Assembly (NCBI GenBank): GCA_016930235.1
Contig: JAFGHI010000045.1
Span: 7,947 to 71,946, forward strand
Reading direction: 5' to 3'
Length of the DNA stretch: 64,000 bases
From: Candidatus Omnitrophota bacterium
GTDB taxonomy: Bacteria > Omnitrophota > Omnitrophia > Omnitrophales > Aquincolibacteriaceae
Made by a program: the position numbers and the translations under genes. Of the stretch, positions 1 through 10,274 are shown piece by piece. Position 1 is the first letter of the stretch. The number at the start of each line of letters is the position of its first letter. The notes under the pieces were generated by a model. That model ran no database searches and had not been told where the DNA came from. It worked only from the letters and a program-made list of their open reading frames with translations.

Positions 1-155
1 TTCCTTATCATCTTTATGTGATCGCAACGCAGGTTCCCAAGATCAAACCGCATGTCCAGTACGGGACCGCGCTTGTCCTGATTGTCATGGTGCTCGTGAT
101 GAATCTGTCCGCCATTTTGATCCGGGCCCATTTTAGAAAGAAAAAACACTGGTAG
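1..155 (+). CDS. pstA: Phosphate ABC transporter permease PstA, C-terminal fragment (5' end lies outside the window)
   Basis: Frame 3 reads ...LIVMVLVMNLSAILIRAHFRKKKHW*, a typical hydrophobic PstA C-terminus with a basic tail. It is followed directly by two pstB genes and phoU. The antisense ORF 14..511 was rejected. Confidence 0.6.
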   Translation, partial: PYHLYVIATQVPKIKPHVQYGTALVLIVMVLVMNLSAILIRAHFRKKKHW

Positions 156-163
156 CGAAAGAA

Positions 164-922
164 ATGGAAAAGAAAAAGAAGATCGAGATCAGGGATTTGA
201 GCGTGCTTTACGGGGGCGAAGAAGCCCTCCGGCATGTGAATCTGGATATTCTCGAACGTGAGATCATGAGTGTAATCGGGCCCGCCAACAGCGGCAAGAC
301 CTCGCTGCTTCGAACCCTGAACCGCTTGAACGACAGGGTCTCCAATGCCAAGGTCCGGGGAGAAATCTTGATCGATGGCCAATCTGTTTATAAAAAGATA
401 TTGCCCGATGTCCTCCGGCGCCGCATGGGGATGATCTTTGCGCTGCCGATTCCGCTGCCGCTTTCGATCTATGACAATATCGCCTACGGCCCGCGCGTTC
501 ACGGGATTCATCAGAAATCGGTTTTGGACCGCAAGGTCGAGGAGTCGCTTCAGGAGGCCTTTTTGTGGGATGAGGTCAAGGACCGTTTGAATCTTCCCGC
601 GATGAAACTTTCCGGCGGACAGCAGCAGCGACTTTGCATCGCCCGCGCACTCGCGGTGGAACCTGAAATTATCCTTTATGATGAACCGTGTTCGGGACTG
701 GACCCGCTTTCAACCGCGAAGGTTGAGGAGACTATGGTCAGGCTCAAGAGCCGGTACACACAGATTCTTGTCACGAATAATACCAAGCAGGCCGCACGGG
801 TCGGCGAGCGGACGGCCTTTTTCCTGATGGGGGAGCTCGTGGAAGTGGATGCCACCGATAAGATCTTTACGGTCCCCACCGACAAACGCACCGAGGATTA
901 CGTTTCGGGGAGATTCGGCTAG
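164..922 (+). CDS. pstB: Phosphate import ATP-binding protein PstB, copy 1 (atypical P-loop GPANSGKTS; H-loop His replaced, VTNN)
   Basis: ABC ATPase motifs are present: Walker A GPANSGKT, signature [15 protein letters not shown], Walker [14 protein letters not shown]. The last [10 protein letters not shown] is the PstB C-terminal hallmark. Confidence 0.9.
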   Translation: MEKKKKIEIRDLSVLYGGEEALRHVNLDILEREIMSVIGPANSGKTSLLRTLNRLNDRVSNAKVRGEILIDGQSVYKKILPDVLRRRMGMIFALPIPLPLSIYDNIAYGPRVHGIHQKSVLDRKVEESLQEAFLWDEVKDRLNLPAMKLSGGQQQRLCIARALAVEPEIILYDEPCSGLDPLSTAKVEETMVRLKSRYTQILVTNNTKQAARVGERTAFFLMGELVEVDATDKIFTVPTDKRTEDYVSGRFG

Positions 923-924
923 CC

Positions 925-1686
925 ATGACGAATGATATTGTGATTGATGTCAGAGACTACAATTTATATTACGGGGATTTTCATGCCCTGCTGGATGTCA
1001 ACTTGTCCATCAAAAAGAAGAGTGTGACGGCGATTATCGGACCTTCCGGGTGCGGGAAGTCGACTCTACTTCGCGGCCTTAACCGGATGAATGATCTGAT
1101 CGATCAGGTGAGAGTGACCGGCGAGATTTTTATTGAGGGTAAGCCGATTTATGCCGAGAAACGGGACCTTGTGGAATTACGTAAAAAAGTGGGAATGGTT
1201 TTTCAAAGGCCCAATCCCTTTCCTCTTTCCGTCTATGAAAATGTGGCTTTTGGTTTGAGGTTGCATTCTCATTTATCGAAAGAAGAAGTGGCCCAGAAGG
1301 TCGAAGAGAGTCTGAAGGCCGTTGCGTTATGGAAGGAATTGAAGGACAAATTAAAGGCCCCGGCGCTTCGCCTCTCGGGTGAACAGCAGCAGCGGCTTTG
1401 CATCGCCAGATTGGCTGCGATGAGTGCGGATATTTTCCTGATGGACGAACCCTGTTCGGCCCTGGATCCCGTGGCGACCCAACACATCGAGGAATTGATC
1501 CGTGTTCTCAAAGAAGATTATACTATTGTCATTGTCACACATAACATGGCGCAGGCAGCGCGCGTGAGTGATGAAACGGCTTATTTTTATTTGGGAAAAT
1601 TGATTGAAATGGGACCGACCGACCAGATTTTTACGCGGCCGGCCAGAAAAGAAACGGAAGATTACATTACAGGAAGATTCGGTTAA
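925..1686 (+). CDS. pstB: Phosphate import ATP-binding protein PstB, copy 2 (canonical P-loop and H-loop, variant signature LSGEQQQ)
   Basis: [53 protein letters not shown] and a C-terminal [10 protein letters not shown]. Confidence 0.9.
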   Translation: MTNDIVIDVRDYNLYYGDFHALLDVNLSIKKKSVTAIIGPSGCGKSTLLRGLNRMNDLIDQVRVTGEIFIEGKPIYAEKRDLVELRKKVGMVFQRPNPFPLSVYENVAFGLRLHSHLSKEEVAQKVEESLKAVALWKELKDKLKAPALRLSGEQQQRLCIARLAAMSADIFLMDEPCSALDPVATQHIEELIRVLKEDYTIVIVTHNMAQAARVSDETAYFYLGKLIEMGPTDQIFTRPARKETEDYITGRFG

Positions 1687-1702
1687 GAGAGGAGCAACTG
1701 TC

Positions 1703-2380
1703 ATGATGGAAAGACATTTTGATGATGAACTCAAAAAGGTAAGGGAAAAACTGTTTCGGATGGGGCTATTGGTGGAGGAGGCCGTCAGTCAATCGATGGC
1801 CGCTTTGTTTGAACGGGATTCCGAAAAGGCCAAGGCCGTGATCAAGGCGGACCAGGATATCAATCTGTTTGAGATCGAACTGGATGAATTGGGCCATGAA
1901 TTGATGGCGCGCTACCAGCCCGCGGCGAGGGATCTTAGGTTGCTCACCATGGCGCTTAAGATCACCAACGACCTGGAACGCATGGGGGATCAGGCCGTGA
2001 ATATTGCAGAGAAGGCCCTCGTGATCAATCAGGAGCCGCCGCTTAAACCGTACCAGGACTTGCCTGAAATGGCCGAGAAGGTTCGCGAAATGGTACGGGG
2101 TTCTTTGAGTGCCTTTATGGATCAGGATCCAGATAGCGCCAAGAAGATCCTGGAGGCTGATGATACGGTCGATGAAATTAATGATCATATTTATGACGAC
2201 GTTCAGGCTGTGCTCGTCAAAAACCCTGACCGGATCCGCACGGGGGTAAGCCTGATTATGGTCTCTCACAACCTGGAGAGGATTGCGGATCTTGCGACCA
2301 ATATTGCCGAAGATGTCATTTACCTCAAAAAAGGGGTGGATGTCCGGCATCATATCCGGGAAAGACGCGGTGAGAAATAG
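1703..2380 (+). CDS. phoU: Phosphate transport system regulator PhoU
   Basis: Two-repeat PhoU architecture (…ALFERDSEKAKAVIKADQDIN… and …AFMDQDPDSAKKILEADDTVDEIN…). The start was moved to ATG 1703, which sits behind a GAGAGGAG RBS just after the pstB2 stop. The track ORF begins at 1604 inside pstB2. Confidence 0.85.
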   Translation: MMERHFDDELKKVREKLFRMGLLVEEAVSQSMAALFERDSEKAKAVIKADQDINLFEIELDELGHELMARYQPAARDLRLLTMALKITNDLERMGDQAVNIAEKALVINQEPPLKPYQDLPEMAEKVREMVRGSLSAFMDQDPDSAKKILEADDTVDEINDHIYDDVQAVLVKNPDRIRTGVSLIMVSHNLERIADLATNIAEDVIYLKKGVDVRHHIRERRGEK

Positions 2381-2550
2381 TTTGAGAGGATTGAATACAA
2401 CTTAAGGGTGTGGTCATTCTGAGTCCGGAGGGCGAAGAATCTTCAGAGATCCTTCGGCAGAAAGCGCCTCAGGATGACATGTTGAACGTGGTACTCCCTG
2501 GCGCTTAAAGTTTTAATTGACTTCAGGGTCAGAAAACGATTTATAATAAA

Positions 2551-2590
2551 GAAGGTCCCAAGCGAGAGCGGGACCTTCTTTTTTTGCTTT
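2551..2590 (+). terminator. Rho-independent terminator after phoU
   Basis: Stem GAAGGTCCC(2551-2559) and GGGACCTTC(2570-2578), followed by the T-run TTTTTTTGCTTT. Confidence 0.7.
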
Positions 2591-2651
2591 TATTCCCTCT
2601 TGTTTTTCGCCGGAGGGTGGAGTACAGTAAACGCATTCAGGAGGCCAAGTT

Positions 2652-3980
2652 ATGAAAGTTGTCATTACCGGAGTTGGGGAGACGGGTTTTTATTTGGCCC
2701 AAATCCTTTTAAAAGAGGGCCATGATCTTATCCTGATCGAAAAAGATGAAAAGGCCTTTCATCTGGCCCAGGAACGTCTGGATGCCCAGATCATTTTAGG
2801 GGATGCCGCTAACGCGCTTATCCTTGAACCTTTAGTGGATGAATCCACCGACCTGATGGTCGCCTTGACCAACAATGATTCCGCCAATATTATTTCAACG
2901 CTCATTGCCAGGAAATTCGGCGCCAAGCGTGCGATTGTCCGGGTCAGTGATTCCGATAATTTAATTCATCCCCTTTTGACCGATGACCCGAGTGTTTCGG
3001 TTCTCAATGCCGAGATAGCCGTTACCAAAGACCTGGTGAGGTTGATTGCGAATCCTTCGGCGGATGAAATCGAATATTTTGCTAACGGGAAAGCCCAAAT
3101 GATTAAGCTCCATGTCGAAGACACCGCCGCGATCCTGGGAAAAAAATTGAAGGATATCAAGGTTCCACATTCCTGGCTGATTGTGGCGGCAATCCGCGAC
3201 GGGAGTTTTCAGATTCTTTCGGGGGATTCCACGATACAGAAGGGCGATCATGTCCTTGTGGTGGGGGACCCCAAGAACACCAAGGAAATCGAAGAGCTTT
3301 TGGGTTTAAAACCCGTCAAGGTTCGGCGGGTCATTATCATTGGGTTCAACGCGGTTTCCAAACAGCTTGCGATGACGCTGACGAAGCAAAATATCGAAGT
3401 CCGGTTAATTGAGGAAAATCAGGAATTGGCGGAAAAGGCATCCGGAGAACTTGACGGAGTTTTGGTTTTTCACGGAGACGGGACAAGCGAGGAAATCTTA
3501 GAGCAGGCCGGGATCGACCAGACAGATTATCTTTTGGCCCTCACGCAGGATAACGAAACGAATGTTCTTATTTCCCTTTTAGGCAAAGAAGAAAAGGTCC
3601 CGCGCGTGATTGCGATGATTCAGAAACACCAGTACAAACCGATTGTTGAGAAGGTCGGTGTCGATTCGGTGGTACATCCGCGTTCGGCGATGGTGGAGGA
3701 GATTATCCGTCTTTGCCACCGCAAAGAACTTTCCGGTATTTATATCCTGGAGGGCGGAAAAGGGACTGTCATGGAGTTTGAGATCAAGAAAAAGACAAAG
3801 GCCGTGGATGTCCCTTTATCCAAGCTGAAGCTGCCGAAACAGACCTTGATCGGCGGCATTGTCCGGAATGATGAGTTGATTGTCCCGCGAGGAAACGACA
3901 AAATAAAAATCGGTGACCGAATCGTTGTTTTTACAACCCGCGCCGTGTTAGCAGATGCCAGGCGCCTTTTTTCTGAATAG
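2652..3980 (+). CDS. trkA: Trk potassium uptake protein TrkA (two tandem RCK/NAD-binding modules)
   Basis: N-terminal MKVVITGVGETGFYLAQILLKEGHDLILIE Rossmann motif, with a second repeat (RRVIIIGFNAVSKQLAMTL...). Length 442 aa. Confidence 0.85.
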   Translation: MKVVITGVGETGFYLAQILLKEGHDLILIEKDEKAFHLAQERLDAQIILGDAANALILEPLVDESTDLMVALTNNDSANIISTLIARKFGAKRAIVRVSDSDNLIHPLLTDDPSVSVLNAEIAVTKDLVRLIANPSADEIEYFANGKAQMIKLHVEDTAAILGKKLKDIKVPHSWLIVAAIRDGSFQILSGDSTIQKGDHVLVVGDPKNTKEIEELLGLKPVKVRRVIIIGFNAVSKQLAMTLTKQNIEVRLIEENQELAEKASGELDGVLVFHGDGTSEEILEQAGIDQTDYLLALTQDNETNVLISLLGKEEKVPRVIAMIQKHQYKPIVEKVGVDSVVHPRSAMVEEIIRLCHRKELSGIYILEGGKGTVMEFEIKKKTKAVDVPLSKLKLPKQTLIGGIVRNDELIVPRGNDKIKIGDRIVVFTTRAVLADARRLFSE

Positions 3981-3982
3981 GC

Positions 3983-5434
3983 ATGAGATTTCAAGCTGTT
4001 TTCTATTTTCTAGGACGCTTGCTTCTAATCATTTGTATTTTTCTTTTTATCCCGGCCTTTGTCTCCCTCTATTACGGTGAAAAAGAAATTGCCCGCCACT
4101 TTTTGCAGACGGCCGGGATCGCTTTAGGGTTGGGATTTCTGCTTGCCTTCCTGTGCCGTCACGGCAAAGACCAGGGGCTTGCTGTCCGGGACGGGTTTCT
4201 CCTCGTGACTTTAACGTGGCTTTCTATTTCTTTTTTGGGGGCCCTGCCTTTTTATTTTTCGGGATTCATGAGGTTTTTCGCGGATGCCTTTTTTGAGTCC
4301 GTATCCGGTTTTACTACAACCGGGGCAAGTGTTGTCGCGAATATCGAGGCTATGCCGCAGGGTCTTCTTTTTTGGAGAAATTTCACCCAGTGGATCGGCG
4401 GGATGGGGATCATCGTTCTTTCCATTGCGATCCTTCCGCAATTATCGGTGGGCGGGATGCAACTCATGAAAAATGAAATGCCGGGCCCGACCTTCGAACA
4501 ATTAAAACCGCGCATTAAACAGACCGCCATGAGTCTGTGGAAAATTTATGTACTCCTCTCGGCGATGGAGATCGTGGCGCTTTATTACCTCGGGATGCCC
4601 CTTTTTGACAGTGTGCTTCATATGTTCGGGACTATGGCCACAGGCGGATTTTCTCCCCGGAATGCGAGTGTGGTGGCTTACCAAAGTTCTGCGATTGAAA
4701 TGGTAATTTGCCTTTTCATGTTTCTGGCAGGGGTCAATTTCGTGCTTCATTATGCCGTGATCCACGGCAACCCGAAGAAAATGCTCAGGGATACCGAATG
4801 GCGTTTTTATGTCGGGCTGACCGTCGTTTGTCTTTGTATCGTGGCGGGGGATTTATTTTTTCAGCTGCATTACCCGGTCCTGAAGTCTCTGCGGCTGGCT
4901 GTTTTCCAGGTGGTCTCGATTACGACGACAACCGGTTTTGTGACCGCGGATTTTGATGTTTGGGGGCCTATTTCGAAAAGCGTCTTGTTCCTTCTCATGT
5001 TCGTGGGCGGCTGTGCGGGTTCGACCGGAGGTGGTTTGAAACAGATCCGGGTGCTGCTCCTTTTTAAGCGTGCGAAACAGGCCATTGTGCAGCATGTTTT
5101 CCCCAAGGCCATTGTTTCGGTCAAGGTAAATAAAAGCGTTATTCCTGAAAGTGTTTTATTGGGCGTCAGCAGTTTTTTCCTGATCTACATTGTGATTTAT
5201 GCGATTTGCGTGATGCCGCTCCTTGCCTTTCATTTGGATGTGACGACCGCCACCTCGGCTGTTGCGGCCTGCCTGGGAAATGTCGGACCTGGTTTAGGTC
5301 TTGTCGGAGCGACCCAGAATTATGCCTTTCTCCCTGGTGTGGTCAAAATGATTTTATGCGCTTGCATGATCCTCGGCCGTCTGGAAATCTTTACGGTCCT
5401 TGTCCTCTTCTTTCCCGCGACCTGGCGGCGGTAA
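3983..5434 (+). CDS. trkH: Trk potassium uptake membrane protein TrkH
   Basis: Polytopic, 483 aa, with TrkH/KtrB-type selectivity-filter-like segments (TTTGAS, TMATGGFS, ITTTTGF, GGCAGSTGGGLKQIR). It lies immediately downstream of trkA. Confidence 0.85.
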   Translation: MRFQAVFYFLGRLLLIICIFLFIPAFVSLYYGEKEIARHFLQTAGIALGLGFLLAFLCRHGKDQGLAVRDGFLLVTLTWLSISFLGALPFYFSGFMRFFADAFFESVSGFTTTGASVVANIEAMPQGLLFWRNFTQWIGGMGIIVLSIAILPQLSVGGMQLMKNEMPGPTFEQLKPRIKQTAMSLWKIYVLLSAMEIVALYYLGMPLFDSVLHMFGTMATGGFSPRNASVVAYQSSAIEMVICLFMFLAGVNFVLHYAVIHGNPKKMLRDTEWRFYVGLTVVCLCIVAGDLFFQLHYPVLKSLRLAVFQVVSITTTTGFVTADFDVWGPISKSVLFLLMFVGGCAGSTGGGLKQIRVLLLFKRAKQAIVQHVFPKAIVSVKVNKSVIPESVLLGVSSFFLIYIVIYAICVMPLLAFHLDVTTATSAVAACLGNVGPGLGLVGATQNYAFLPGVVKMILCACMILGRLEIFTVLVLFFPATWRR

Positions 5435-5608
5435 GAGACGTCTTAATCATTCACTTTTTTTGGATTTGCACAGATATCCCATCCTCTTACTGCATCATGC
5501 ATCTCCGGCCGGGGCGAAGCTAGACAAAAGAGGGCCCTGGAGGTATCATAAGTCTTTTCACATCGTGAATTTTCTTACCCCGAGAAAAGGAGAAAGGGCA
5601 TATCCTCG

Positions 5609-6685
5609 ATGGACGATCTTGACCGCGCGTTGGTGACTTTGCTGACGGACGGAGTGCCTCTTCAGGCAAGACCTTTTCGAACCTTGGGGGATCGTCTGGG
5701 GATCGATGAGGCCGAGGTGCTCTTAAGGATCAGCCGTCTTCGTGATGAGAGGGTGATCGGAAAACTCGGGGCGGTGATCGATGCAAGAAAAATAGGTTAC
5801 CGGAGTACGCTTGTCGCCATGAAATTTTCCAAGGACCGCCTGGAAGAGGGGATCCGCATTATCCATGACCAGCCGGCCGTCAATTACTGCTGTGAAAGGC
5901 AACATGATATCAATTTATGGTTTACGGTAGTCTCGCCGGCGAAGTATCCGGTCGAAGATTGCGTTCATCACCTGCACCGGATTTCGGGTTCGGAAAAGAC
6001 ACTTATGATGCCCGTTTTGAAACGGTACAAGAGTGATTCCGAACAGCGCTGGAATTTTTTTCGCGAAGTAGGAAAGGAAGAAAATTTGCAAGCTTCGCGA
6101 CAAGAGTATATTCAAGAAGAGTCCCTTCTCAATGGTGAAGAAAAAGCGATTATTCAGGACCTACAGCAGGGGTTTCTCTTAACCGATACGCCGTTTCGCA
6201 GACTGGCGGGCCGTTTGGGGATGCCCGAGGCGAAAATTTTGGGAATGGTCCGGTCTTTGATTCAACGGGGGTATTTAAAAAAGATCGGCGCGTTTTTGAA
6301 CCGCAAAAAAAGTGACGAGGCCAAAGTCCTGACGGTTTGGCAGATCCCGGAAGAGAAACAGGATGAGATCGGGAATAAGATTTCAATGGTCCGGGAAGTC
6401 GGGCAGTGTACGGCCCGGCCTTCTTATGCCGAATTTCCTTATACCCTTTATGTGATGATTGAAGGAAAAGATTCATTTGCGTGTGAAATGGTGAGCCGCG
6501 AGATTGAAAAGAAGATCGGGAAATGGCCGAGACTAACGTTAGCCCTCCGTAAAGAATTCAAAAAGAGTTATGTTCCTTATTTTTCCGAAGAATTGGATTT
6601 GTGGTGGGATAAGATGCAGAAGGAGGAGCCGTGGGACGAGAAACGGCGCAATCCGCTCAGGTTGCAAGTGATCACGAAGTCCTAG
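5609..6685 (+). CDS. Tandem Lrp/AsnC-like protein, siroheme decarboxylase-like (fused AhbA/AhbB or NirDL type)
   Basis: Two repeated halves each start with the characteristic L..G.PL..RPF..L...LG..E.E.L motif ([28 protein letters not shown] and [24 protein letters not shown]). This matches the NirD/NirL/AhbA/AhbB family and not a plain Lrp regulator. Confidence 0.5.
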   Translation: MDDLDRALVTLLTDGVPLQARPFRTLGDRLGIDEAEVLLRISRLRDERVIGKLGAVIDARKIGYRSTLVAMKFSKDRLEEGIRIIHDQPAVNYCCERQHDINLWFTVVSPAKYPVEDCVHHLHRISGSEKTLMMPVLKRYKSDSEQRWNFFREVGKEENLQASRQEYIQEESLLNGEEKAIIQDLQQGFLLTDTPFRRLAGRLGMPEAKILGMVRSLIQRGYLKKIGAFLNRKKSDEAKVLTVWQIPEEKQDEIGNKISMVREVGQCTARPSYAEFPYTLYVMIEGKDSFACEMVSREIEKKIGKWPRLTLALRKEFKKSYVPYFSEELDLWWDKMQKEEPWDEKRRNPLRLQVITKS

Positions 6686-6704
6686 AAAGGAATTTTTAAA
6701 GAGT

Positions 6705-8069
6705 ATGACATTAAGAGAAGAATGGGTTTTTAAAAGGAAAGATGATAAGGTCCGGACGCAGATCTATTATGCCCGCCAGGGAATCGTGACCGGAGAAATG
6801 CAGTGGGTCGCGAAACACGAGAGCCTCGAGCCTGAGGTGGTGCGTTCGGAAGTTGCCCGGGGACGGATGGTGATCCCTGCCAATATTGCTCATCTTAATC
6901 TAGAGCCGGTGGCGATCGGGATTGCTTCCCGCTGTAAGATTAACGCCAATATTGGGAATTCGTCGGTGACTTCCGACATTTCAAAAGAACTGGAAAAACT
7001 TTATGTGGCCGTTGAGTTCGGAGCGGATACCGTGATGGATCTTTCGACGGGGTCGGAACTGGATGAAACGCGCAAGGCGATTATCGACGCGAGCCGGGTT
7101 CCCATCGGTACCGTACCGATCTACCAGGCACTTGAACTGGCCGGCGGAAATCCTGCGGATTTAACATCGGAAATCATGTTCGGGGTAATTGAATCTCAGG
7201 CGAGACAAGGGGTCGATTATATGACGATTCATGCCGGTGTCTTGATCGAACATTTGCCTTTTGTTCAAGGCCGTCTTACGGGGATTGTCAGCCGCGGCGG
7301 TGCGATCCTTGCCCAGTGGTGTTTGAAACACAACCAGCAGAATTTTCTTTATACACAGTTTGACCGGCTCCTTGATATTTGCCGGCACTATGATGTTACC
7401 ATCAGTTTGGGGGACGGGATGCGGCCGGGTTGTCTCGCGGATGCGAGTGACAAAGCGCAGTTTGCGGAACTGGAAACGCTCGGGGAGTTGACCGAGAAGG
7501 CCTGGAGCCGGGATGTTCAGGTGATGGTGGAAGGGCCCGGGCATGTTCCGATGGACCAAATCCCGATGAACGTTGAAAAGCAGCAAGAAATTTGTCATGA
7601 GGCCCCTTTTTATGTCTTGGGGCCTCTCGTTACGGATTGCGCCCCCGGCTATGATCATATTACCTCGGCGATCGGCGCTGCAATTGCTGGGCAGCATGGT
7701 GCGGCCATGCTTTGTTATGTCACTCCGCGCGAACATTTGGGCTTGCCGAATCTCGATGATGTCAAACGGGGTGTGATCGCTTATAAGATTGCGGCTCACG
7801 CTGCGGATGTGGCAAGGCACCGGATTGGCGCCCGGGACCGTGACGATGAGATTTCACGCGCGCGGTTTGCATTTGACTGGGAAAGACAATTTGCCTTATC
7901 GATGGACCCCCAACACGCGCGTAAATTGAGAGAGGAAAGGTTGACAGGTGACTGTGTTCGCGAGACCGACTACTGTGCGATGTGCGGTCCGAAATTTTGT
8001 TCGATGAAACTTTCGCAGGACTTGACCCGTCCGGAAAAATTCAAACAGACAGCCAAACGCCGGAAATGA
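6705..8069 (+). CDS. thiC: Phosphomethylpyrimidine synthase ThiC (radical SAM; a BzaF-type ThiC paralog cannot be excluded)
   Basis: [19 protein letters not shown], long colinear similarity and a C-terminal [14 protein letters not shown]2CX4C cluster. Confidence 0.85.
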   Translation: MTLREEWVFKRKDDKVRTQIYYARQGIVTGEMQWVAKHESLEPEVVRSEVARGRMVIPANIAHLNLEPVAIGIASRCKINANIGNSSVTSDISKELEKLYVAVEFGADTVMDLSTGSELDETRKAIIDASRVPIGTVPIYQALELAGGNPADLTSEIMFGVIESQARQGVDYMTIHAGVLIEHLPFVQGRLTGIVSRGGAILAQWCLKHNQQNFLYTQFDRLLDICRHYDVTISLGDGMRPGCLADASDKAQFAELETLGELTEKAWSRDVQVMVEGPGHVPMDQIPMNVEKQQEICHEAPFYVLGPLVTDCAPGYDHITSAIGAAIAGQHGAAMLCYVTPREHLGLPNLDDVKRGVIAYKIAAHAADVARHRIGARDRDDEISRARFAFDWERQFALSMDPQHARKLREERLTGDCVRETDYCAMCGPKFCSMKLSQDLTRPEKFKQTAKRRK

Positions 8070-9139
8070 AGATAATTCGAAAAAAAACAAGGCCGGTCAA
8101 AGTCGGAAGCCTCACAATCGGTGGCGGGGCCCCGATCAGCATTCAATCGATGGTGACGACGCCTGCGCGTGAGGTGACCGCGACGGTTGAACAAATCCAA
8201 CGGCTTACCGAGATCGGATGTGATATTGTGCGTGTCGCATGTCCGACCGAAGACGACGCCAAGTTGCTCGGGAAGATCAAATCGAAGATCAAGATCCCGC
8301 TTGTCGCGGACATTCATTTTCATTACAAACTCGCCCTGATCGCACTCGATGAAGGGATCGATAAACTTCGTTTAAATCCTGGGAATATCGGGAAAAAAGA
8401 TCAGGTGGCGGAGATTGTCCGTAAGGCTAAAAGATTAAAAATTCCTATCCGGATCGGCGTGAACGGTGGTTCCCTCGAAAAAGATCTGAGGGAAAAATAC
8501 GGGCCGACGCCGGAGGCCCTGGTGGAAAGCGCAGGGCGTCATGTCCGAATCCTTGAGGAGCTTGATTTTGAGGATATCGTGATTTCGATCAAAACATCGG
8601 ACGTCGGCAATATGATCGCAGCCTATAGGCTCGCCAGCCGTAAATTTGATTATCCTCTTCATCTGGGTGTGACCGAAGCCGGAACCTTGATGCGAGGGAG
8701 TGTTTACAATGCTGTGGGGATCGGAACGCTTCTTGAAGAAGGGATTGGGGACACCCTGCGGGTTTCTCTGACAGCGGATCCGGTGGAAGAGGTCAAGGTA
8801 GGTAAAATGATCCTCGAGTCTTTGGGACTTCGAAAGGGACCGAGAGTGATTTCCTGCCCCAGCTGCGGCCGCGCAGAAGTGGATGTCATACGGATTGCCG
8901 AAGAAGTCGAAAGGCGCGCGATGAAACTCAAGAAGCCGCTAACCATTTCGGTCCTGGGGTGTGTTGTTAACGGTCCGGGCGAAGCTCACGAGTCTGATTT
9001 TGGGATCACATGCGGAAAAGGCAAGGGTATGATTTATGTGAATGGCGAACAAAAGAGGACGGTCACCGCCGAGCATTTGGTCGATGAACTTTTCCGCGAA
9101 ATCGAATCAGCCGTGGGCGAAAAGAAAAGCCAGTCTTAA
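8066..9139 (+). CDS. ispG: 4-hydroxy-3-methylbut-2-enyl diphosphate synthase IspG (GcpE)
   Basis: [22 protein letters not shown]..., LRLNPGNIG, and a C-terminal CPSCGR...GCVVNGPGE Fe-S ligands. The ATG overlaps the thiC stop as ATGA. Confidence 0.9.
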   Translation: MKIIRKKTRPVKVGSLTIGGGAPISIQSMVTTPAREVTATVEQIQRLTEIGCDIVRVACPTEDDAKLLGKIKSKIKIPLVADIHFHYKLALIALDEGIDKLRLNPGNIGKKDQVAEIVRKAKRLKIPIRIGVNGGSLEKDLREKYGPTPEALVESAGRHVRILEELDFEDIVISIKTSDVGNMIAAYRLASRKFDYPLHLGVTEAGTLMRGSVYNAVGIGTLLEEGIGDTLRVSLTADPVEEVKVGKMILESLGLRKGPRVISCPSCGRAEVDVIRIAEEVERRAMKLKKPLTISVLGCVVNGPGEAHESDFGITCGKGKGMIYVNGEQKRTVTAEHLVDELFREIESAVGEKKSQS

Positions 9140-9158
9140 CGGGGATAAGTTTCTAAAT

Positions 9159-10244
9159 ATGGTTTCTCCCTCATACGGTTCTTTCGGGGACCTCCATGAC
9201 AAGATCCTTTCCGGTGAATTGCTTGAGCGCGAAGACGGCCTTCGGCTTTATGAGTCCGACGATCTTTTTTCTCTCGGGGCCCTTGCGCGTTTTGTCAAAG
9301 AACGTCTCCACGGCAAGAAAGTTTTTTACGCCGCAAATCTTCACATCAACTACACGAATATTTGCGCTTCAAATTGTGCCTTCTGCTCGTTTTCGCGTTT
9401 CCCCGGAGATACGGGGACTTATCTTCTGAGTCCGGAGGAAATCGGGGCGAAACTTCAAAGTGTTTTAAAAAAATGGCCCCTTAACGAGATTCATATGGTG
9501 GGCGGTCATCATCCCGAAGTTGGGCTGGATTATTACCTCAAAGTTTTAAAAATGATCCGTCAGATTTCTCCGGCCCTTTTCATCAAGGCCTTTGCGGCGC
9601 CGGAAATCGATTTTATTTCAAAAAAAGAAGGTATCAGCTGGCGTGAAACCCTTCGGCGGCTTCAGGAGGCAGGTTTGAACAGCCTCCCGGGCGGCGGCGC
9701 AGAAATTTTTTCACCCGGGGTCCGTAACAAGATATGTCCGGATAAAATCTCAGGTGAAGAATGGCTTCAGATTCATGAGACCGCGCATGATTTGGGGCTC
9801 CCGACCAATGCGACGATGCTTTACGGGCATATTGAAAAACCCGAAGACCGTGTGGATCACGTACTGCGACTCCGCGAACTCCAGGAAAAGACCCATGGTT
9901 TTTTTGCCTTTGTCCCACTGGCTTATCAAAATCAAGGGGACAAGCTGAATCAGAAAGAATGCGGAGGCATTTTGGATTTAAAAGTGCACGCGGTTTCAAG
10001 ATTATTGCTGACAAATATTCCGCATTTAAAGATTCACTGGGTCGGGACGGGTTTGAAACTTGCGCAAGCGGCCTTGTCTTTCGGGGTGGATGATTTCGGG
10101 GGGATCCATCTTGAAGAGAAGATCTTTTCTGAAAAGGGCCGGGAGAACGGCGGATTTGAAAGTCTTGAGGAGTTTGAATTTTTGATCCGCCAGGCAGGGT
10201 GCGAACCCTGTTTGGCCAATAGTGCTTACGGCGTGGTAGAATGA
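9159..10244 (+). CDS. Menaquinone (futalosine pathway) radical SAM enzyme, MqnE/MqnC family
   Basis: CASNCAFCSF radical-SAM cluster motif in an MqnC/MqnE/CofH-like scaffold of about 360 aa. Start moved to ATG 9159 after the ispG stop. Confidence 0.7.
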   Translation: MVSPSYGSFGDLHDKILSGELLEREDGLRLYESDDLFSLGALARFVKERLHGKKVFYAANLHINYTNICASNCAFCSFSRFPGDTGTYLLSPEEIGAKLQSVLKKWPLNEIHMVGGHHPEVGLDYYLKVLKMIRQISPALFIKAFAAPEIDFISKKEGISWRETLRRLQEAGLNSLPGGGAEIFSPGVRNKICPDKISGEEWLQIHETAHDLGLPTNATMLYGHIEKPEDRVDHVLRLRELQEKTHGFFAFVPLAYQNQGDKLNQKECGGILDLKVHAVSRLLLTNIPHLKIHWVGTGLKLAQAALSFGVDDFGGIHLEEKIFSEKGRENGGFESLEEFEFLIRQAGCEPCLANSAYGVVE

Positions 10245-10274
10245 TGATCACGACGAGGTATTGAAAGGGCCGAT

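Noticed and set aside
14-511. 165 aa minus-strand ORF spanning the pstA 3' end and pstB1 5' end
   Set aside because: It is antisense to two strongly supported genes (the PstA C-terminus and PstB with full ABC motifs). It has no recognisable motifs and is a typical shadow ORF.
2390-2550. Possible c-di-AMP (ydaO) riboswitch upstream of trkAH
   Set aside because: The genomic context fits, but I could not find the conserved ydaO sequence blocks by eye. It is kept only as a low-interest structured element pending an Rfam scan.
7161-7820. 219 aa minus-strand ORF inside thiC, and similar antisense ORFs in addB (47593..48165), addA (50200..51066), mqn (9634..10251), greA (11694..12137) and the SDR (44778..45215)
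   Set aside because: All are antisense to genes with strong motif support. None has recognisable domains.
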